A stretch of DNA of 63,140 bases, the filler included, from Octopus bimaculoides (taxonomy: Eukaryota): the NCBI RefSeq assembly GCF_001194135.2. It is 6 parts of 6 records of this genome, joined end to end, with 100 filler letters (N's around TTAATTAATTAA, not from the genome) between each part and the next. Parts side by side here need not be neighbours in the genome. Positions count along the whole stretch, not along the records: positions 61,612 to 63,140 come from NC_068984.1; 5 more parts are not named here. The stretch is one strand, 5' to 3'. The notes beneath the pieces were generated by a model, which saw only the letters and a program-made list of their open reading frames with translations, made no database searches and was not told the origin of the DNA. Position 1 is the first letter of the stretch, and each line of letters begins with the position of its first letter. Both the position numbers and the translations under genes were made by a program. Shown here piece by piece: positions 62,785 through 63,140 of the stretch.

Positions 62785-63140
62785 GGCGCTGAAGTGGCTG
62801 TGTGGTAAGTAGCTTGCCTACCAACAACATTGTTCAGGGTTCAGTTCCACTGCGTGGCACCTTGGGCAAGGGTCTTCTACTATAGCCTCGGGCCGAATGA
62901 AGCTTTGTGAGCCCATTGTATATATATATGTGTGTGTATGTGTCTGTGTCTGTGTCTGTGTTTGTCTCCCCACCATCGCTTGACAACCGATGCCGGTGTG
63001 TTTACGTCCCTGTAACATAGCTGTTCGGCAAAAGACACCAATAGAATAAGTACGAGGTTTACAAAGAATAAGTTTGTTCGATTAAAGATTTGTTCGATTA
63101 AAGGCAGTGCTCCAGCATGGCAGCAGTCAAATAACTGAAA
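62785..63140 (+). mobile_element. Family A SINE running to the window end
   Basis: Homologous to 61612-61990. Confidence 0.88.

Overview
AT-rich, repeat-saturated animal DNA with roughly 9 kb of N gaps. It is most likely an Octopus assembly; this is inferred from the SINE/LINE repertoire, the microsatellite density and the TTAATTAATTAA gap markers. The only host coding sequence I can support is two + strand exons (45622-45702, 49553-49728) of a CLC chloride channel/Cl-H+ exchanger of the ClC-6/7-like GPEGP branch. Both are missing from the ORF track. Sequence between and next to them is intronic; whether the far ends of the window are also intron cannot be told. Both signature motifs are non-canonical (SSGIPE for GSGIPE, GPEAP for GxEGP), and one A-to-I edit at 49574 would restore GSGIPE. 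The rest is transposon-derived: tRNA-derived SINE families, an RTE LINE with a long 3' UTR and an internally deleted derivative, Tx1/L1 (including an ORF1-only copy), HERO, R4-like, CR1-like and Penelope fragments, three Tc1 copies, mariner and hAT MITEs and foldbacks. At least six minimal type I hammerhead ribozyme motifs with (near-)palindromic stem III occur; one has an intact core (17237-17291, minus). TE boundaries are approximate, and family names come from motif recognition, not database searches.
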